A stretch of 64,000 nucleotides of DNA, taken from Lama guanicoe (lineage: Eukaryota). The notes beneath the pieces were generated by a model. It saw nothing but the letters and a program-made list of their open reading frames with translations. It searched no databases and had not been told where the DNA came from. The stretch spans positions 186,001-250,000 of the forward strand of contig MU053559.1 in assembly GCA_013239625.1 (NCBI GenBank). The letters run 5' to 3'. Shown here piece after piece: positions 22,211 to 34,410 of this stretch. The translations under genes and the position numbers were made by a program. Within the stretch, counting starts at the first letter, position 1. Each line of letters begins with the position of its first letter.

Positions 22211-24915
22211 TAGGTTAAACCCTGAAACGACTACTAAAATAACCACTAAATAACTACTAAAATAAGACTAAAATAAGAGTTATAATAAATCAAAGGAGAT
22301 AAAATGGTATCATAGAAAATACTCAATAAATCCAAAAGAGGACCAAAAAAGAGAAAAGGGGGAAACAGAACAGATAGGACGATTAGAAAACAAATAGTAA
22401 GATGGTAGATTTAAACCCAACTATGTCAAAAATCTAATAACAGAAATTCAAAATAAATGAAGCAGAAACTGATAGGATTGCCAGAAGTAGACAAATCCAT
22501 GAGTAAAGTCAGAGATCTCAGTGCCCCTTTCTCAGTAATTGATAGAACAATCAGACAGAAAATCAAGTAAACAGAAAATCAGTAATGATGTAAGAGACTG
22601 GACCAGAACTATGAACCAACTTGACCCAACTGACATTTATAGAAGATTCCACTCAGCAAATGCAGAATACACATTCTTTTCAGGTGCATATAGAGTATTT
22701 ACCAAGATAGACCATATTATGGACCATAAAACAAGTTTTAAGAATTTTAAAAGGATTCAAGTCATACTACATTCTCTGACCAAAATGGATTTAAATTAGA
22801 AACCAATAAAAAAAGTACATCTGCAAAACCCCCAAATATTTGGAAACTAAATAATACATTTCTAAATAACCCATGAGTCAAAGAAGAAATCAAAAGAGAA
22901 GTTATAAAGTGAATTTTAAGGGGAAATTTTTAAATGAACTGAATAAATGAAAACATAATATATCAGAATGTACGCAATACAGCTAAAATAATACTTAGAG
23001 GGAAACTTATTTTATAAAAAAAATACCTATATTAAAGAAGAAAGGTCTAAAATCAGCTACCCCAGCTTCCAACTTAAGGAACTAGAAAAAAAGAGAAAAA
23101 CTAGCAAATAAATAACTAAATAAAGACAAGAGTGGAAATCAATGACATAAAAGATAGAAAAACAATGAAGAAAATTAGTGAAATATTACTGAGAAGCAGT
23201 AAAACTGATAAACTTCTAGCCAGATTGATCAGGAAAGAAAGAGAGAAGATACGAATGACCAGTATCAGGAGTGAGAAAGGTGACATCACCAGAAGTTCTA
23301 CGTATATTGAAAGGATGGTAGGGAATATTTGTATACCAACATTCATAGCAGCATTATTCAAAATAGCTAAAAGGTGGGAACAACCCAAGTGTTCATCAAC
23401 AGATGAATGAATAAACAAAATGTGATATATAAATATGATGGATTATTATTCAACCATAGAAAAGAATGAAATTCTGACACATGCTGGAACATGGACAAAC
23501 CTTGAGGACACTAAGTAAAATAAGCCAGACATAAAAGGACAAATATCGTATGATTCTATTTTTATGAGGTATCTAGAAGAGGCAAGTTCCCGGAGACAGA
23601 CAGTAGAATAGAGGTTACCAGGGCTTGGGGGCTGGGGGGAGGGTGGGGAGTTATTGCTTAATAGGCACAGAGTTTCTGTTTGGGATGATGAAAAAGTTCT
23701 GGAAATACAGTGGTGATGGTTACATAATATTGTGTATATATTTAGTGCTACTGAATTGTACACTTAAAATGGTTAAAATGGTAGTTTTTATGTTATGCAT
23801 ATTTGACCACAATTTTAAAAAGAGAATAATAGAATATTATGAACATATTTATGTCAATAATTCTGGAAAAAATTTCCTTGAATGACACAAAATACCAGTT
23901 CCCACTCAGGAAGAAATAGATAACTTAAGTAACCCTGTATGTATTAAATAAATTGAATCTGTAATAAAATGTCTTCACACAAGGGAAATTCCAGGCCCAG
24001 AAGGCTTCCTTGGGGAGTTCTACCAAATACTTAAGAAATAATAACAATTCTACACAAACTCTCCCAGAAGATTAAGAGGAGGTGATATTTCCCAACTCAT
24101 TCTATGATACTAGCATTACTCTGATACTAAATCAAAGAATGTTATGTAAGAAAACAAATATGGAACTATTTTTCACAAACAGCAATGCAAAAGTTTTCAA
24201 CAACATTTTAGTAAATCTAATCCAACTATATATACAAACAGATAATTCATCAAAACAAAATTGAATTTACTCCATGGAAGAAAAAACATGTGATTACCAC
24301 AAAGATGCAGAAAAAACATTTGACAAAGTCCACCATCCAGTCCTGATTTAAAGAAGCTCTCAGAAAATGAGAAATAAAATATAACATCTCCTCAACATGA
24401 TAAAGAGCATTTAGAAAAAAACTTACAGTAACATCACACTTAATAGTGAAAACTGGAATGCGTTTCCCCCTAAGATTAGGAACAAAGCAAGGATGTTTAC
24501 TCTCATAACTTCAATTCAACATTGTACTGGAGGTTCTAGCCAGTGCAATAAGGCAGGAAATAAATAAAAGGCATGAAGATTGGAAAGGAAGAAATGAAGC
24601 TGTCATTATTCAGAAGTGACATGATCATCTGTGTAGAAAATCGTATGGAATCTACAAAAAAGCTACTAGAACTAATAAGTGACTTTAGCAAGATTGCAGG
24701 ATACAAGATCAATATACTGCATTTAATTGTATTTCTATATACTAGGAATGGCCCATAGAAAATTGAAATTTTAAAATACCATTCATAATAGTGTCAATAA
24801 ATGGAAGTACATGTGCAAGACCTGTATGCTAAGTACGAAACTTTGCTGAGAAAAATTAAAAATCTAAATAAATGGAGAGATACACGTGTTCACAGATCAG
24901 AAGGCAGTATTATTA

Positions 24916-25042
24916 TTTTTTTGGAGAGGGGAGGTAATTAGGTTTATTTATTTATTTATTTTATTGGAGGTGCTGGGGATTGAACCCAGGACCTTGTGTA
25001 TACTAAGCATGCGCTCTACCACTGAGCTAGACCTTCCCCCCT
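24916..25042 (-). mobile_element. Vic-1-type SINE
   Basis: TSD CAGTATTATTA. Confidence 0.85.
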
Positions 25043-25121
25043 CAGTATTATTAAGGTATCAGTTCTCCTAAGATTGCTATATAGATTTAGTACAATCCCT
25101 GCAGGATTTTTTTCTTCCTTT

Positions 25122-25152
25122 TGTGTGTGTGTGTGTGTGTTTGTGTGTGTGT
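25122..25152. repeat. Interrupted (TG)n microsatellite
   Basis: Read directly from the sequence. Confidence 0.9.
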
Positions 25153-26293
25153 AGCATTGACATGTAGGTTCTAAAACTCATGTGGAAATGCAGAGAACCA
25201 AAACATCTTTAAAAAGCAAGAACAAATTTGGATGACTTGCACTTTCTGACTTCAAGACTTCTTATAAAACTATGATAATTAAGACATTCTGGTATTGGTA
25301 TCAAGACAGCCAAATTGGGGGAGGGCAGCTGGGGGAATTGGATGAAGGTGGTCAAAAGGTACAAACTTCCAGTTATAAGATAAATAAGTACTAGGGATGT
25401 AACCTACAACATGATGACTATAGTTAACACTGCTGTATGATATATTTGAAAGTTGTTAAAAGAGTAGATTAAGAGTTCTCATCACAAGGTAAAAATAATT
25501 TCTTTTGTATATACATGAGAGGATGGATGTTAACTAGACTTCTTGTGATAATAACTTCACAATATAGGTAAGTCAAATCATTATGCTGTACACCTTAAAC
25601 TTATATAGTGGTGTATATCAGTTATATCTCAATAAAACTAGGGGGGAAAAGCCAAATATGTCAATGAAAGACAATAGGAACTCCAGAAATAGGCCCACAC
25701 ATATACAGTCAATTCATTTTTGAAAAAGGTGCAAAGGCGGTGCAGGATGAATAATCTTTTCAACAAATGATGTTGGAGCAATTGGATATCCAAATGCCAA
25801 AAAGGAAAAATCAGAAGAGTGATTTTTCTATGGTGGAGGGGATTTACTGGGAAGGGGTAGGAGGGAACATTCTGGGGGTGATGTATATTTTGATAGGGGT
25901 GTGGGCTACTTGAGTATATTCATCATTTATCAGGATGCTACGAATTTTGATTTGTGAATTTTACTGTATGTAAATTTTATCTTTAAAACGCCTGGAAACA
26001 AATATGGAACGCTAGTAAGTAGATTCGCTTTTGCAGAGGTATAGGCTGACAATTCTGGGATTCTGAAACAAGGTTTTCTGAAAATCGCTTTTGTGTAATC
26101 CAGGCTTGAGGAAATAAGTAAATATATTAGGAATAATGAGAGCCAGGTTACTTACTAAAGGAGTTACTAATAAAGAAGGAAGTTACAAATATGGATGGAG
26201 GAAGACAAGAAGCACCCTGAAGTGTTGAACTGAAATTCGAGGTATCAAGATGACTTCATGGTTTCAGATAAGACAGTCAGAGAAAGAGAACTC

Positions 26294-26318
26294 GTGTGTG
26301 TGTGTGTGTGTGTGTGTG
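26294..26318. repeat. (GT)n microsatellite
   Basis: Read directly from the sequence. Confidence 0.9.
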
Positions 26319-27065
26319 TTTCCCATTTGTTTACTGAGAGATCCTAGAAGCAGCTATCCCTTTAGCAATGAGCAATAGCCCACTTAGGGTACACATTTGG
26401 TTCACTTTCCACTTTTTACTTTTTATTTTGAAATAATTTCAGATTTATAGACAAGTTGCAAAATAATTCCTATATCCCCTTCGTTCAGATGCCCCAATGT
26501 TAACATTTTGCCACTTTGTTGGTGGCGCGATATCACGTACACATACACACTGTATGCAGAGAGAGCTGATGACTACTCTATTTATTGATTCTCGTAAAAG
26601 GGTTTATCTAGGACATGCATGGTGCCTCAAATATCATCTAAGTTATAACAATGTTAATAATTTTAAGCTATTTAGGTTCTCAGGCTCCAGATTCCCAGGC
26701 TCCTGCAGGAAGCACAGGATGTTACATGATCAAGGACAGATTGTTTTAAAGTTCGTCACAAAACTTCATTAAGTAGGCCATCTCTTATCCAGCTGGCTGC
26801 GCTTGTCTTAGGTTCTCCTCCTCTGAGGATCTTACCCGTCATTGGCTATCCAGCCGTCCATACTGGATACATTAAATAGGCCATCTCTTATCCAGCAAAC
26901 TGTGTGACATTTCTCACAGCTTGTTTATCAGTTCAGTCCATGGCTTATTCTCTAGAGCCTTCAGGCGGGGGCCTACACACTTTTCTTTATTACTCTCTCT
27001 TTCTTTCTCTCTCTCTCCCCCTCTGTTGTTTCTTCCCTCTCTGTGTGTGTGTGTGTGTATGTATT

Positions 27066-27698
27066 TGTATCAGGGGTCCCCAACACCATCCCCAGCTTTG
27101 GTGATTCAGTAGAAGGATTCACAGATTTCAACATATAGTTGTACTCATGGCTAAGATTTTTTACAATGAAAGGATAGATACATGATGGGATCAATAAAAA
27201 AGAAAAACGCTAGTGGAATCTAAAGAAATCCTTGCACAGCCTTCCTTATGCTCTCTACCTCCCTTGAGCAAAGGGAAAAGGCACATGGGCCAAAGTCCAG
27301 AGGAAACCAGGCACAAGCTTCCAAGAGTCTTCTCCCAATGGAGTCACAGAGGACACATATAATTCCTCCAACAATGAGTTGATTATAATACATGTGATGT
27401 GTTGTCTTTCAGTGAAGCTCATTACAGACTCAAGTGCCCAAGGTTTTCACTGGGCGCAGGTGCCACCCTCTACCTTGCATGTTCCAAAATTCCAGACTCC
27501 CTGAGGGAATACAGGTGCTCAGCATAAATCACACTGCTTTGTACAAACAGTTTGGCACAGTGAACTAGTCTTATTATGTAGAAAGGTTTTATATCAGTGT
27601 AGGGAAGTATTTACTAGTTACGTTTCCACATGCCAGTCAAAGGTCAGCCATGCAATCAGGTCTTTCTCAGGCCTACTGTATTAACTACTTCCTGTACA
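27066..27698. mobile_element. MER21-like LTR
   Basis: tgtatcaggggtccccaacacc...gttgtactcatggctaagatt...tgtaca; TG...CA ends. Confidence 0.6.
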
Positions 27699-27934
27699 AA
27701 GACATAGAAGAGAAAGACATTCCCTCATACTACCACAGCATCATTATCAAAATCAGGAAATTAATCCTGATACAATCCTATTATCTATTTTACAGAAGTT
27801 ATTCAAAGTATTCCAATTGCCCCACTGATGTCTTTTATACTAGAATAAATACCTTTTTTTGTGGTACAGGATTCAGTCTAGGATCACATGTTGCCTTTAG
27901 TCTCATTAAATCTAGATCACTTCCTCAGTTTTCC

Positions 27935-28355
27935 TTTTTTTTTTAATTGAAGTATAATCAGTTACAGTGTGTCAATTTCTGGTAAACAGCACAATGTCCC
28001 AGTCATGCATATATGTACATATATTCATTTTCGTATTCCTTTTCATCAAAGGTTATTACAAGATATTGACTAGAGTTCCCTGTGGTATACAGAAGAAATT
28101 TGTTTTTTTAATCTATTTTTATATATAGTGGCTGACATTTGCAAATCTCAAACTCCCAAATGTATCCCTTCCCACCCTCTTTCCCCTGGTAACCATAAAA
28201 TTGTTTATCATGTCTGTGAGTCTGTCTCTGTTTTGTAGATGAGCTCATTAGTGTCCTTCTTTTTTCTTTTTTTTATAGTCCACATATGAGTGATATCATA
28301 TGGAATTTTTCTTTCTCTTTCTGGCTTACTTCACTTAGAATGATGATCTCTAGGT
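27935..28355 (-). mobile_element. L1 3'-end fragment, same family as the 20212 element (shorter copies at ~32140-32305 and ~51383-51490)
   Basis: Shared ttgaagtataatcagttaca...tctggt..acagcacaatgtcccagtcatgcat sequence. Confidence 0.7.
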
Positions 28356-28411
28356 CTCTCTCTCTTCTTTAATGACCTTGATGTTTTTGAAGAGTACAAA
28401 CCTGTTATTTT

Positions 28412-28546
28412 ACTTTTTTTTTTGGTAGGGGGGTAGGAAATCAGGTTGGTCGGTTTGTTTGTTTTCAGTGGAGGTACTGGGGATTAAACCAAGGACCTCT
28501 TGCATGCTAGGAACGCACTCTACCATTGAGCTATACCCTTTTCCCC
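28412..28546 (-). mobile_element. Vic-1-type SINE
   Basis: TSD AAACCTGTTATTTT. Confidence 0.85.
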
Positions 28547-29791
28547 AAACCTGTTATTTTGTAGAATGTCCCTCAGTTGGGATTTCTCTGTTATTTTCTC
28601 AGGATTAGATTCAGGTTATGAATTTTTGGCAGAAATACTACAGAAATGATGGAGTGTCTTTCTTGATGCATCACAGCAGGAATCATGAAATACCACTTTG
28701 TCCCCATATTGGTGATGTTAATATTGTCCACTTGATTAAGGTGGTGTCCAAGTTTTGCCACTGCGAAGTTACCCTTTTCCCTATTATAATCAACAGGTAA
28801 TTCATGGGGGAGAGCCTTTGATACTATGTAAATATAGTGTTCCCCATCACAGTTTTACCCACTATTTTGAGCATCCATTCTTGCCTGAAGGAAGTATTAC
28901 AGTGGTAGTTGCCAAATAGTGATTTTTCTAATTCCATCATTTCTTCTACATTTATTAGTTGGTGTTCCTTTGTAAGGAAGAGTTTTCCCTTCCTCCGTTT
29001 ATTTATTTAGATCAGTTTGGAGTCATGGATTCTTTTTAAATTCAAATTTATTCAGTGGATGGTAAAACAAGATGCTCTAGGCTCATCTTGTATATTTCCT
29101 GCCTCAGCCCTGGAATCAGCCATTTCAACAAGGAGCCCTGGTTCCTGTTAGTGTAAAGTGGTAGCTAGACAAGAGAAACCGATTAGAGGCACACAAAATG
29201 GAAAAGAAGAAATAAAGATATCTCTATTTTCAGATGATATGATTTTGTACCTGGCAAACCTTAGGGAATCAATGATAAAACTAATTTTAACAATAAAAGT
29301 ATTCAGCAAAGTGGAAGGATATAAAACTAACATAGATAAATCAATGGCCTTCATATATACAAATAACTCGTTAGAGAAAACCTCATTTACAATGGCAAAA
29401 GAGATAATATACCATAAGAAGGAACCTAACAAGAAATGTGAAAAAAAAACTATGCCAGGAAATCTTTAAAATGCATTTGTCAAAACCTGTCGATCATTAC
29501 AACATACCAAAAAAAAAAAAAAGCCTCTTAATGTATGAAAAATTTTTAAAAATCAACCAGGACATTAGGGAATCCCAGCATGGAATGGAGACTGTGACAA
29601 CATAATCTAACTGTATTATAAATGTATGACATAACATCACTGGAGAGGATGAGGAGAAGATATGCTGATCTAAGTAACCTTGGAAAATGGTATTTTGCCT
29701 GGAAACTCCAAAGCTGAAGACAAAAGGAACCATAGAAAAGCACTTAACTTTGGTAAAGTTATTTCCCACAGGGTTAACAGGTTAACAATAC

Positions 29792-29809
29792 TTTTTTAAA
29801 AAAAATTTT

Positions 29810-29847
<38 letters not shown>

Positions 29848-29988
29848 TTGTTTTTGCTTTTTGTTCTGGGTGGGGGAGGTAATTAGGTTTATTTATTTAT
29901 TTATTTTTAGAGGAGTTACTGAGGATTGAACCCAGGACCTTGTGCATGCTAAGCATGTGCTCTTTTACTGAGCTATACCCTCCCCCCT
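29792..29988 (-). mobile_element. Vic-1-type SINE with a (CA)n(TA)n microsatellite in its tail
   Basis: TSD ACAGGTTAACAAT. Confidence 0.82.
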
Positions 29989-30840
29989 TACAGGTTAACA
30001 ATTCTGATATTACTATACATGTATACTGCAATTGAACAATTAAATAAGTGGGTGGTGGATGGTTGGAGCCAGGTTTCTCAGTGTTGGAGTGGAAGACTAC
30101 AGATAAACAAGAAGAGAAGGTTAGAATGAACCCTATGGTACTGGATTATCAGTATGAATTCATGTTTATCTTAAAATATAGAGAGATTAATAGATACAGA
30201 AATAATTATAGATATGTGTGTAACATGGGTTAGCATGCATACATTGATTTCCTAGCTCCTAGGATCGTAAACATGGTCAAAAGACAACTGACAGACTAGG
30301 AGAAAATATATGCAATACATATTTCAGTATAGTGTTAATAGCCCCAGTATACAAAGAACTCTTGAAAATTAAGGGGAAAAATCCAAAAAGCCACTAGAAA
30401 AAAATGGGCAAAAGATGTGAACAGACAATTCACAGATTTAAAAATGATATTAAAATGGCCTTAACTATACCAACAGCATAATTTCACTGCAAAAGACAAA
30501 TGTAATCTACAGTGACAGAAATCCAGTGGTTGCTTGAGATGGAGTTGGGGGTTGGGATCAGGCACATAGGAACCTTTTGGGGGTGATGGAAATGTTTTGT
30601 ATGTTGATTGTGGTGGTAGTTACAAGATTGTATACATTTGTCAAAACTCATTGAATTGCCCCTTAAAATAGACGTATAATAGGTATATATGTACACACAC
30701 AAACACATATAAAGAGAGAAGGACACAGAGAGAAAATAGCTCAATATAGCTCATTAAATTAAAAAGGAAAAATAGAGCCGTCGCTGAAAACATTTTCCCA
30801 CAGCAGGCAAATCATTTACTCTCATGAAAATGAGGGGGCT

Positions 30841-30990
30841 GGGGAGGATTATAGCTCAGTGATACAGCACATGCTTAGTATGTGCAAGGTCCTGGGTTCA
30901 ATCCCCAATACCTCCGTTAAAAAAAAATAAACCTAATTACTTCCTTCTCCCAAAAATTAAAAAAAAAATGAAATGAAAACATTTTTAAAA
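30841..30990 (+). mobile_element. Vic-1-type SINE
   Basis: ggggaggattatagctcagtg...ggttcaatcccc. Confidence 0.82.
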
Positions 30991-31499
30991 GAAAATGAAA
31001 GGGAAAAAAACCCACAATGAGATACCATTTCTTTCCTCTGAGATTGGAGAAAATTTGAAAATACAACAACACAGGCTACTGGCTAGGCTGTGTGGAAACA
31101 GACACTCAAACACCAGGATAGTGGGAATGAAACTGGATAAGCCCTTTTGGGAGGAAATTGGAATACCTACTAAAACTAGATATTCACTTTTTGATGCAGC
31201 AATCCCAGTTCTATGAATTTACCTTGAAGATACACCTCAGACAATTAAAAAAATACATTTATGTACAACGTTATTCTTTTTGGCATTGTTTATAATTGCA
31301 AAGTATTGAGAACCACCTACATGGTCAAGCATAGGAGAGTGGTTAAATTATGATGCATTTACAAAATGCGATACTAGGTACCTGAGACAGAAAATGAGAG
31401 AGAAAATATTATATTAGTAAATGAAAAATACAAAGTGCAAAAGAGTAGTTACAGTATGCTACCCTTCATGGAGGATAAATAAAACAATATACATGTATG

Positions 31500-31935
31500 T
31501 GTCAGGGTGGGAAAAGTTGCTTGCTACCCTTCTAGGTTCTTTGCTGGTTTAATAAATTGACATAAGACAGATTAACAGGAGAAAAACTAATTTCATATGT
31601 ACAGGATACCCATAAAAATATGAGACCCAGAGGAGGTTGGGCAATTGAAGCTTATATGCTATCATGAGCTAAGGAATGGGATTGAGGCTTCAAAGAGGAG
31701 GGCAATTCACAGGATGACAAGAAGAGCAGATGTTCGCCCTGCCATGCAGGTAAGTCTCTCAGATAAAAAATTATCTCTGGTAATAGCTCTCTTTCTGGGA
31801 CAGACCCCCTATCTAAATTCTTTTAAGCAGTTACAGGAGAGGTAAAAGTTTTTTTTGAATGTGCTGGGTCTTCAGCTTAAAATAAGCCACATACCAAAGT
31901 GGCACGTGTTGGGGTGGCATTTCTGCTCCCCTTCA
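31500..31935 (-). mobile_element. ERV1 solo LTR (MER34/MER39-like)
   Basis: Minus strand begins TGAAGGGGAGCAGAAATGCCACCCC; 4-bp TSD TATG at 31496-31499 and 31936-31939. Confidence 0.7.
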
Positions 31936-33669
31936 TATGTGCTCATTTGTGTGGAAAGAAAGAGAGAAAGTATAAACCAGAAATTAAGTAGATTAGTTGC
32001 CTCAACAAGGGGGTGAGGGGAGGGCAAAATGGAATGCAATCAGAAACAAAGGAACCTAACCATATTTCAAATGAATTACACAGCCTTATGGTTGGGAGTT
32101 GGGAAGAGGAAGAACTAACCCAAGAAATTAAAAAAAAATTTTTTATTGAAGTATATTAGTTTACAATGTTACATCAATTTCTGGTGTACAGCATTATGTT
32201 TTAGTCATACAATACATACATATATTCCTTTTCATATTCTTTTCCATTATACGTTACTATAAGATATTGAATATAGTTCTCTGTGCTGTACAGTAGAAAC
32301 TTGTTTACCAAGTAATTTTGAACACAGTATTTTGACTACCATCAGATTAAAGATGCAAGGAACAGCATCAAATATTTAAGCTTTGGTAGGCCTGATAAAC
32401 ATGATAATTTGACTATAGACCACCATGAACCTTAAGACCAAAGAAACTGTAAGAAAGTATGGAACTCTAGTTGGTAGACTTGTTTTTCACAGTCTTATGG
32501 GTTAGCAATTCTGGAGTTAATGTGTATTATGAGATTACACAATTAAGTAAATTTATTGTGGATAATGGGCACTAGGTTTCTTTCTGTTGCTGAAGAGGTT
32601 TACAAATATGGAAAGTAAGAAAACTAGAATGAATCTTGTGTTGTTGGGTTGAAATGGAGGGTATTAGTAATGAATTTATGTTTTTAAAGTATATATACCT
32701 ATAGAAAAGTACACAAGTATAGTACTGTGTGTATACATGGATTAAAATACATATATGTATTTCCTAGCTCTGTACACTGAAAGGTACTGGAAACAATTAC
32801 ACTCTAGTGCTAATGAACACTTTCTCAACTGGGGTTAAAAAAGAATAATTTGAGTCTGAAGCATCTTGTAATGCCAGAAAGCAAGGAAATGCTTAAAAAA
32901 AATGATGGGGGCATGTCAAAGGGACACAAAAGTCAGCTTGAAGGAGCTCCCACTGACCAAATCTAGGACAATTTGAGCGTCAAGAGAAATAATGGTAGTG
33001 ACTAATAATTCACTGAATAAGAACAGTTTGTACAGATACAAATACATACATGGGGAAGAGAAATCTCTTCCTCACAGTAGAACAGCAATTAACAAATATC
33101 AAAGGAAAGTTGGTGTTCGAAAATCATCAGTGGATGCTGAAGTCAATGGTTCAAAAATTTTACAAGTATATATATATAGAGAGAGAATGATACAGCAAAG
33201 GTGGCAAAATGTAAACAATTGATGAATGTACCATAGGGTACAGGGAATTTCCTTGTGCCATTCTTCTTTTTCTGTGCATTTAAATGGCATCAAAATTAAC
33301 AGCCCCACCAAAAAAAAAAAAGAAAAAAAATAGGGAATATCCTATTACTGATATGTTGTCGCTAAACATGCCTTCTAATTTTTTTCTGAAACTACTGCTT
33401 GGGTGGCAGGGTTTGCACAGGTGGCCAGAAAGCACAAGTGAGGCTTATAGTGTATTTTAATACTGTATTTGAATGTTCCTGGTATTTCGCCATCCTGTTT
33501 TTGTTTTATTTTGTTTTGTTTTTTAAATGAAGCTTTTTCGTTTGATTCACTGGCATTCTTTCCTCTCAGGTATTTTAAATGCATCGTGGCTAGGCCCTTT
33601 ACCTAACATGATGTACAGCATCACGTTAAAAAAAAATCAGCGTCAAATCTTTAAAAAAAAAAAACAAAA

Positions 33670-34410
33670 AAACGCCAAGGGCTTCACAGGAGGCGGGATT
33701 CCCTTTTCGGGTCACCCGGTAGAGGGCGGGAACAAGACCGGCGCAAAGCTTCCGCTTTCATTTCTACGGATAAATCAACCATCCTCCTTAAAGGAGTACC
33801 GCGGAAGCGAGATTTTCCGTCGGCAAACATTTCCCTAGCGACGAGTCCACTCGTGACACAGGGATGTCACAGTGTCGCATCACAATGGGTATCCAATGAG
33901 TGCTCAAAAGCCAGGTCAAATGACCTAGATTCTGGTAAAATGTTAAATTGCAATTCATCTAACTTGTCAGTTTCCTTCCCTTCTCTCGGTTTCCAAAATG
34001 CCGGCCTTCCGAAGTAGACTCCTCCCCCTCTTTTCCTGCCCGGTGGTTTGGTCCGACCTTAATACTACTGACAGGCAGGACAAACTGCGTCTGCGCAGAA
34101 CGCGGGCGGGGGGGTGGGGGGAGGAACATGGCGCAAGCTCTGTCTGAGGAGGAGTTTCAGCGGATGCAGGTGCCGCTCGCCAGGGAAAAGACCACCGGGC
34201 TAGGCGATGGGGGGGCGGGGAAGAGAGAGGTCGTGCCACAGGCTCTGAGCAGGCGTTGGTTAGGAAGTACCTTGCGTTTAAGGGGTTGGTCTGGAGAAGG
34301 GAAACTGAGGCTCGGAGTGGTGAGACTACTGGATTCCAAGATACCGTTGGCCTCTGTGAGGTTGGATTCTCGTAGCCTTGTGGGCCGAGGAGCTAGTCCG
34401 AGCGTGGGCA
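33670..34410. promoter_or_regulatory. GRIPAP1 CpG-island promoter (GC box, ETS CGGAAG ~33802, CCAAT ~33893, NRF1-like TGCGTCTGCGCA 34086-34097)
   Basis: Sharp switch from AT-rich repeat DNA to CpG-rich DNA just upstream of the ATG at 34128. Confidence 0.72.
34128..34169 (+). CDS. GRIPAP1: GRIPAP1 exon 1
   Basis: [14 protein letters not shown]; |GTGCCG. Confidence 0.95.

Larger units (their letters stand above)
21600..25810 (+). mobile_element. Fragmented old L1 (ORF1 C-terminus, ORF2 EN/RT) with nested L1 3' ends (~23325-23820, ~25316-25640) and SINEs
   Basis: EFVTSRPAIKEMLK, DIYRRFH...YTFFSGA...KIDH, LSLFRSDMI.CVEN (RT FADD remnant). Confidence 0.75.

Noticed and set aside
20620..24758. 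L1 ORF1/ORF2-like ORFs
   Set aside because: They are short fragments with stops and frameshifts; no intact L1 or domesticated gene
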